Of a DNA stretch of 57,665 nucleotides, positions 37,401 through 46,400 are shown piece after piece (position 1 is the stretch's first letter; each line of letters opens with the position of its first letter). This DNA is from a virus. Its lineage: Duplodnaviria > Caudoviricetes. The notes below the pieces were generated by a model. The model was not told the DNA's origin. It searched no databases and saw only the letters and a list, made by a program, of their open reading frames with translations. The DNA lies in IMG/VR virus record IMGVR_UViG_3300042482_000462, positions 1 to 57,665 of that record; one strand, given 5' to 3'. Both the position numbers and the translations under genes were made by a program.

Positions 37401-40400
37401 AGTGGTCGACGCGCTGGGCACTCAGATCTACAAGGCCCCTGGCGGCCAGTGGCAACTGTCGGACGAGTACCTGTCCGGTGACGTGGTGGCCAAACTTGAG
37501 GAAGCCGAGCTTGCCGCGCGCCTTGACCCAAGCCTCGCGCGCAACGTGCAAGCTCTGAAGGAAGTTCAACCCGAGAAACTTGGCCCGTCGCAAATCAGCG
37601 TGAAGGCCGGCGCATCATGGGTTCCTGCGGAGTACGTCAATGACTTTGCCAAGGAAATCGGCGCAGGCGCTGTGACGTTCGATTCCAAGACCGAATCTTG
37701 GCAAGTCCAGGGCGGCAACGAGCGCAGCGCGCGCCGGGCTGGCGCTGAGTACGGCACCGCCGATCGTTCGCCTTCGGAGTTGCTGGAGTCTGTGCTGAAC
37801 AGCCAGAGCATCACGATCAAGCGCACCGATGCCGACAAGAAGGTTTACACCGACGCGGCGGCAACCACGGCGGCCAACGAAATGGCACGCAAGATCAAGG
37901 AGAAGTTCAAGGGGTGGGTGTGGACTGACGCCGACCGCGCAAGCAACCTGGTGGAGATCTACAACAAGCGCTTCAACAACATCGCGCCGCGCCGTTTCGA
38001 CGGCTCGCACATGACGCTGCCTGGGGTGAGCCTGCGGTTTAGCCTGCATCCGCACCAGAAGCGCGCGATCTGGCGCCAGGTGCAGACCGGCGACACCTAC
38101 CTTGCGCACGCGGTGGGCGCCGGCAAGACCATCGAAATGATTGCCGGCGGCATGGAGCAAAAGCGCCTTGGGCTCATCAGCAAGCCCATGTACGCCGTGC
38201 CAAACCACATGCTGGAGCAGTTCGCCAACGAGTTCATGGAGCTCTACCCGCTGGCCAACATCATGGTGGCCGACGACGAAAACTTCTCAGCCGAGCGCCG
38301 CAAGGCTTTTGTGGCCGCCGCCACCTTGAACGCCCCTGACGCCATTGTCATCACTCACAGCGCGTTTGAGCGCATTGGTGTGAAGGAGGAAACCGTCGCT
38401 CCCATCCGCGATGAGATTCTGGACGACCTTCAAACCGAACTGGAGGACAGCGACAAAGGCGACCGCGTGCGCCGGGCGCAGCTGCAGCAGCAGATCGAGG
38501 CTGTGGAACAGCGGTTTGACAGCATCGTCGGTGCCGGCAAGAAGGACTCGACCATCAAGTTCGAGGACATCGGCGCCGATTTTGTCTACGTGGATGAGGC
38601 CCACGCTTTCCGCAAGCTGGACTTCACGACGAACCAGAAGATCAAGGGCATTGACCCCAACGGGTCACGCAGGGCCCTGGATATGTACGTCAAGACCCGC
38701 TACCTGGGCCGCAAGAAGCCAGGTCGCGCAATGGTGTTTGCGTCTGGCACGCCGGTGACCAACACCATGGGCGAGCTTTACACCATCATGCGGTTCTTCT
38801 CACCCCAAGAGTTGAGCCGGGGTGGCATTGCAACCTTCGACGCTTGGGCGCGGCAGTTCGGCGAGGCAGTGCCTGCACTGGAAGCCAACGCCGCCGGCCG
38901 GTACGAGGTAGTGGAGCGCTTCGCCAAGTTTGACAACGTGCCCGAACTGATGTCACGAGTGCGGCAGTTCATGGACGTGCTGACGTCGGAACACCTGGGC
39001 GCCTTGGTCAAGCGGCCAGACATTGAGGGCGGCAAGCCTGACCTTATCACGGTAGATCCTACCGAGGCCCTGAAGAAGTACATGAAGGGCGTGCTTCTGC
39101 CGCGCCTGGAGCAGTCGCGCAAGTGGAAGCCGACGAAAGATCAGCCGTTCAACCCCGACCCCGTGATCGCCATCACCAGTGACGGCCGTTTTGCCGCGCT
39201 GGACCCGCGTTTTGTTGGGGAAAAGATCGACGAGAACGCAACCCCGACCAAGCTCACGCGCATGGCCGACGAGGTGGCGCAGATCTACAAGGCCAGCGCT
39301 GGCAACGAATACTTGGACAAGCAGGGCAAGCCAGAGCCTGTCAAGGGCAGCACGCAGATCGTGTTCTACAACCTGGGCTTTGGGGCGCAGTCGATGCAGA
39401 ACCGCGGCTTCGATGCGCGCGGCACTCTGACCAAGCGTCTGGTGGCGCAGGGCGTGAAGCGCGACCACATCCTGTGGTTTGATGATGCGGACACCGACTC
39501 CAAGAAGGAGACGATGTTCAAGGCCATGCGCAATGGCCAGGCCCGTGTGCTGATTGGCAGCGCCAAGAAGATGGGCACTGGTGTGAACGTGCAGAAACGC
39601 CTGCTGGCTCTGCACTACTTCGACCCGCCCTGGTATCCCAGCGACGTGGAGCAGCCGCACGGCCGCATCATCCGCCAGGGCAACCAAAACACACTGGCCA
39701 CCATCAAGTGGTACGCCACCAAGGGCACCTACGACAGCACCATGTGGCAGATGGTGGCACGCAAGCAGCGCTTTATCGACCAAGCGTTCAGCGGCGACAA
39801 GTCGCTGCGCACGATGGAGGACATGAGCGAAGCCAGCATGTTCGAGCAGGCCGCCGCGGTGGCCAGCGGAGACCCGAGGGCTTTGCAGTTGGCCGGGTTG
39901 CGCCAAGACGTGGAGCGACTGGAACGGCTGCAGGCGGCGCACGCCAGCGAGCAGATTGCACTGCGCAGCGGCCTGCGCAGTGCCGAGTGGAACATTGAGA
40001 GCTACGCCAAGCGGGTGAAGACCTACGGCGACGCATTCAAGGCCATCGGCGGCGGGTACTACAGCTTCAGCAGTGCAACGGTTGGCGGCAAGACATTCGA
40101 CAAGGTAGGTGAGTTCGGCCAGGCGCTGAAGGATGCTTTCAACCAGAAGGCCGCCGATGCAGTCATGGAACCGGGCACCAAGACGCGCGCCCTTGCCACG
40201 CTGCCATCTGGCATCACAGTCCGCATGGAGGCCAACGAAGACCGCGAAGGCAAGCCAACCGGCGAACATGAACTGGTGCTGCGTGCCGGGTCCGTCGACA
40301 TTCAGTTGACCGGCTACGCTGCCGCGCTGGGCGAGAAGGTTGACGCCGTGGGCCTTGGCCGGCGCGTCATCAACGCCGTCAACGGCATCGAGGCAGACTT

Positions 40401-43400
40401 GAACCGCGCCAAGTCGTCGCTGGCCAACGAGGAAACCGACGCGACGCGGCTGCGCAAGAAACTGGGCGCGCCTTTTGAGTATCAACAAGAACTGGCCGAG
40501 AAGATCGGCGACCTGAAGCGCCTGGAAGAAGAACTTCGCGCCGAAGGAGAGGCAGAAGCCCGCGCCGCGGCGGCAGAGGTGGTGATTGACGCCACGGGCG
40601 CCAGTGAAGCAGGACAGCCGCGCGCCGACGGCGCCGCGCAGTTCAGCCGCGCCACCGGCCAGTCCACCACCCCCGCCCAGCTTCGCACCGCCCTTGAAAC
40701 CGAGTTCAGCCCTGAAACCATCGGCGCCCTTGAGCGCGCTGGCCTGCTGACCATTGGCGACCGCCCGACCGCTGGCATGCCTTCAGACGCAGCTGGTGTG
40801 AGCCAGGGCGGCAGGATTGGCCTGTTCGCCGGCAACACCCGGCCGGGCTCGACAGCCGTCGCGTACCACGAAGCCCTTCACGCCACGCTCAAGACCAGCA
40901 TCGGCGAGCAGACCTACGCTGCGCTGCTGGACCGCCTGGCGGCCATCGACAGCAAGGCCATGGCCGGTGGGGCTACGCAGAAGTTCTTTGCCCAGGCGCG
41001 GGGTCGCATCCCTGCCGACCTGACGGGCACTGAGCGGCTGGAAGAACTTGCCGCGTACTCGGTCGAGGCCGTGCAAGCCGAACGCGAAGGCACGCCGCTG
41101 GCCATCAAGCGCTGGGTGAGCGACTTCCTGGCAGCGCTGCGCGCGGGGCTTTCCAAGGCACTGCAAGCGGCAGGTGTGGGCCTGCGCATCCGGGCGCGGC
41201 TGCTGGCCGACCCGGCAACGCTGCGGAAGATCGCGCGCGACGGGCTGCAGGCAATGGCAAGGCAGGGGATGCAGGGCGATGCTGCAATGGCGTTCAGCCA
41301 GCCAGCAGCCGGCCCGAAGTGGTACAGCGCACTGAAGCAGTCCATCGCAGGCCTGAGCATGGGCGCAGCGCCGGCCCAGGGTTGGAAGGACAGTATCAAG
41401 GGGCTGGTGGCCAAGGGCGCCGTGAAAGCTGATGAAATCGAATGGACCGGCATCAACGAGTTCTTGGACCTGCAGCAAGGCAAGGTCACCAAGGCCCAAG
41501 TGATGGCATTCATGGATGCCAACGGGGTGCAGGTAACCGAGACGGTGCTGTCTGACGAAGTAGCGCGTTCGCTGCCCGCTGGTTGGCAGGTTCTGCGCGG
41601 CTACGACGACACGTTCACTGTTTCTGATGGCGACGGCAACATCATGGGAGAGGGCGAAACGGCGGCAGAAGCCGTGGCCAACGCGCAAGACGAAGACGCA
41701 GCGGCGGACACGCCGTCAATGACCAAGTACGGCCGGTACACCCTGCCTGGCGGCACCAACTACCGCGAGGTGCTGCTGACGCTGCCCACCAAGTCGTCGG
41801 GAAAGTATTGGGCCGAAGACGTAGGCACTGTTCCCGGGGTCCAGAACTGGATGGTCGCATCAACGCGCGAATCAGATGGGGAAACCGTGTATCGCGGCAA
41901 GAGCCACGGTTCACGCCAATCAGCAGAGCGAGCCATTGCGGAACTTGAAGGCGCGAAGAACTACAAGTCCAGCCACTGGGACCAGCCCAACGTCCTGGCC
42001 CACATCCGCCTGAACGACCGCACGGATGCAGACGGCAACCGGGTGCTGTTTGTGGAAGAGGCCCAATCCGACTGGGGCCAGGATGGCAAGAAGAAGGGGT
42101 TTGCCAACCCTTCAATGAAGCCGCTCACCAACAAGGAGTACCAGGCCTATCTCGACGGCCTGGTGGATGAGTACGCAGACAAGTTTGCCAAAGAGGCTGG
42201 CAGCCGTAGGGATGCTGAACGCAACGCCATCAACATGCCTATGCGTGCACTCGCTGAGGCACTTGGCAAGGCCGACGAGCTCGCCACCATGAGGGCTCGC
42301 CGACAAATGGACATTGATGGCGTGGCCGCCGTCCCGCTTGCCCCATTCGTTGGCGCCACCGACAAGTGGCTCACACTGGCCCTGAAGCGCGTCATCAAGA
42401 TGGCCGTCGATGGCAGCTACGACAAGGTGGCCTTTGTCACGGGCGAGCAAAGCGCGGATCGGTATGACCTGAGCAAGCAGGTGGACTCCATCCGCATCAC
42501 ACGAGTGGGCGCCGATGAGTTTGATGTGGCCGCCGCCGTGAAGGGTGGCGGGCGGGGCATCAGCGAAACCGGCCTGTCACTTGCACGGCTTGAAGAAACT
42601 GTCGGCAAGGAGTTGGCAAAGCGCGGCGCTGCATTGCCCGAGGGCGTCGGCGAAACCTACACCGACACGGACCTGAAAGTCGGCGGCGAAGGCATGAAAG
42701 CCTTCTATGACCAGATCGTCCCTGCCGCTACCAAGGCCCTGCTGAAGAAGCTGGGCGGCGGGCAGATGGAGGCTGTACCAATCGCGGCAGTTGAACAAGG
42801 GTTGCGAGTCAAGCCGGTTGACAGCCCGTTTGGCAAATTTGTTCTTGTCGATGGAAGCGGCAAAGAAGTAGGACTATTTGAAACGGAAGCCGAGGCAAAG
42901 GCTTACATTCGCCAAGCGGCGAAGCCGCAGCCCGGATTCGCCATCACCCCCCAGATGCGCGAGAAGGCCAGCGGTGGAATGCCGCTGTTCAGCCGCACCG
43001 ACCAGACCGCCACCGAAGCATTCAAGCGCTGGTTGTCAGCGTCATTGGCATTCGACGGCCGGCCGGATGCCTTTGCGGCGGAACATGGCGGCGACAGCTT
43101 GGCGAGTGACGCCGCATTCGTGCGCAATTTCTTTGATACGCGAACCGTTCAAGAATTTGGACTTGGCGGCTTCGACATCCCAAGTCGGCGCGTTGTGATG
43201 CGTCGAGTGCTCGGAGTGCTTGAAGATTTCAAGATTCGCCAATCTGTTGTCCAACTTATCCCCGTTGATGTGGTGAACATCCTCGGAGCGAAGCAGCTTA
43301 CGCCCAAGATGCTTTTCAACGACATGGCGATGCTCACGGATTTGCTTGCCGGCAACCGTAATGATTCGATACCCCTTGCGGTCGATGAAACCGCAAAGGT

Positions 43401-46400
43401 TGCTGACGCTGTAGCAGCGGTGACTGCAGAACATCTTGCCGCGAACCCCAAGCTCGGAAGATCGTCTGGTAACGACGGTGCCGCATTGGGCGCAGGGCAT
43501 CGTGATGCTGCCGCCCTTCGCCAAAGCGGAGCAGGCGTGCTTGCAGTAGACATTCCCGCTGGGCGAAACGGCAGACGGGAACCGGAGAACGGGCGTGGAG
43601 CACTGAGCGCAAGAGTAGAGACTTTTCATGACAGGCAACGCATTAAACATGCGATAGCCTACAACGCAGAGTCCGGCACGTCAACAATAAAGACGTTCAA
43701 CCCCGCAAGCCCTGACATCAGATTTAGCCGCACCATGGGCGAGACTCTGCGCGAGGCCGTGCCATCCGCCGCACAAGAGTGGATTGCCGACCGCGCCACC
43801 TCACAGCGCGGGTTCAACCGCCCGTGGCACCGCACCGTGGGCACCCAACTGCACAAGGCCAAGATCAACAAGGACTTCGGCCGGGTGTACTACGCTGCCC
43901 AGGACTTCATGAAGGACGTAAGCCGGATTGCCACCCTGGCATCCGACCGCGCGCCCGACATGCTTCCCCAGATCGAAACCCTGTCTGACATGGCAAAGTT
44001 GGCGCCGAGCCTGGCAAGCCCCGCAGCCTACAAGCAGCGTAAGGCCGACATCAAGGGTGCGAGTGATGCGCTGTTTGACGGCACGCTGCGCTACACCCGA
44101 AACGACGACGGCGAAGCTGTGGCCGTGGATCCTGACAGCAATGAACTGGGCGGGCTGGTGTGGACAGACGCCGAACTGCGCGACCGTGGCATGAGCGAGC
44201 GGGCCATCAAGATGTACCGGCAAAGCCGTGAGGCCATCGACCAGAGCCTGGACAGTATGCTGGCGGCAGACCTGTTCCGCCAAGCCGGTGTACTGAAGCC
44301 TGAAATGCTGGCCGACACCCCGAGCGCGCACCAGGCGCTGCTGGACGGCATGCGCAAGGCCGCTGCGTCCGACAACCCAGCGCAGGTCGGGCAGATGCTG
44401 CGCGAGGCCATTCGCGGACAACTTGAATCGTTGGGCACGGCCCTGGAAGGTCAGCCCAACCAGTACACAGACGGCCTGAAGCAGCGCCAGCAGGAACTGC
44501 GCGACCTGCAGGTGGCCATTGGCGAGAAGATCGAGCGCATCGGTTCGCTGAAGGCATCCGGCTACGCTCCGTTGATGCGTTTCGGACCTTACGCCGTGGA
44601 CGTGATCGACGCTGACGGACAGCGCATTTTCTTTGGCCTGTACGAGGGCCAGGCCGCCGCCAACCAGGCCGCGCGCAACTTCCGTGGCCAAGGACTGCAG
44701 GTCAGCCAAAGCGTGATGCCGCAAAGCGACTTTGAAGCGCTGAAGGGTGTCAGCCCTGAAACGGCCATGCTGTTTGCTGAAATGCTGGGCGTGGAGAAGA
44801 ACGAGGCCATGCAGACGTGGTTGAAGAACGCGGTGGCCGAGCAGTCGGCCCTGAAGCGCCACATCCGCCGCAAGGGCATTGAAGGGTTTGACGAGGACGG
44901 CAGCCGCGTGCTGGCCGCTTTTGTGACCAGCAACGCCCGCGCCGCATCGCGCGCCCTGCACGCTACCCGCATGGCTGACGCTGTGGAGAACGTGCGCCAG
45001 GGTGACGTGAAGGACGAGGCCCGCGCGCTGGTTGAGTACATCAACAACCCCAAGGAAGAAGCGCAGGCCATCCGTTCGCTGCTGTTCGTGCAGTACATCG
45101 GCGGCAGCGTGGCGTCAGCGCTGGTGAACCTGACCCAGACCCTGGTGCAGACGCTGCCCTACCTGAGCCAGTACGGCGGGGCTGTGAAAGCCGGGCAGCG
45201 CCTTTCCGGGGCTATGAAACTGGCCCTGGCCGACAAGATCACAGACACGGAACTGTCCGACGCTGTGAAGCGCGCCGAGAAGGATGGCGTCATCAAGCCG
45301 CAGGAAGTTTTCCAGCTGCAGGCCGAGGCCAGCCGCAGCCTGGGGTCCAACCTGTACGTGCGATCACTGCTTTCGGCCTGGGGATCAATGTTCCAGATGG
45401 CCGAGGTGTTCAACCGCCGCGTGGCCTTCATCGGCGCCTACAACACCGCCAAGGAACAGGGGATTGCGGACCCGTTCGCTTTCGCGGAAAACGCGGTGGA
45501 TGAAACGCAGTCCGTGTTCAACAAGGGCAACCGGCCAAACTGGAGCCGCGGCGCCGTGGGTGCCACCTTGTTCACCTTCAAGACCTTCACCATCCAGTAC
45601 GTGGAATTCCTGAAGCGCCTTTCGACCGCTGGCGAGCCTGGCTCACCTGAGCGCAAGCAGGGTCAGCGCGCCGCTGCCGTGGCGCTGATGATGCTGATGA
45701 TCCTGTCGGGCATGAAAGGCATTCCGTTTGCTGATGATGCAGAGGATTTGGTTGACACCGTGGCGCAGGCCCTGGGCTACAACTGGGTGACCGATGCGCA
45801 GCGCGACCGCTGGCTGGACAAGATGCTGGGCGAAACCATGTCAGACATCGTGCAGCATGGCCTGAGCGGCGTGCCCGGTGTGCCGTTCGACGTGTCGCAG
45901 CGCCTTGGCATGGCAAACCTGCTGCCCGGCACCGGGCTGCTGAAGCAGTCGGAAACCAACAAGCAGAACCAGGTGCTGGAAGTATTTGGCGTGGCCGGGT
46001 CAGCGGTAAAGGATGCCACCCAAGGCCAGGTGCTTCCGTTGGCCATCCGCAACCTGATGAAAGGCCTGGACACCTACCAGACCGGCATGTACCGCGACAG
46101 CAGGGGGCGCAACGTGGTTGAGTCTGACGGCTTGGGCGCGGCATTGAAGGCCATAGGCCTGCAGCCTTCGCGGGTGGCCAGCGCCCAACGCGACATTGGC
46201 CGGCAGATCGAGGAACGCAACCTGTACAGTGCGGTGAAGGAAGAAATCACCGACGCCATGGCGCAAGCCCGCTTCGACAAAGACGCAAACGCCGCCAAAC
46301 AGGCTGCTGCTGCGCTGAATAAGTGGAACGACACCAACCCCGAGGCGCCCATCATCATCAAGTCCCACACCATTCAGGCCCGCGTGCGGCAGATGATGCG

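Noticed and set aside
43033-43692. Group I intron or intein as the carrier of the HNH
   Set aside because: The HNH and its promoter fill nearly the whole insert, leaving no room for a ribozyme core; no Cys/Ser-start or His-Asn-end intein motifs in the sense frame; the nuclease is antisense
33979-44961. Other long antisense ORFs inside the giant gene (33979-35301, 38953-40488, 43801-44961) and opposite portal/scaffold (16896-17912, 18701-19915)
   Set aside because: In-register shadow frames expected in GC-rich genes; no recognisable motifs, promoter or SD, unlike the 43042-43650 HNH
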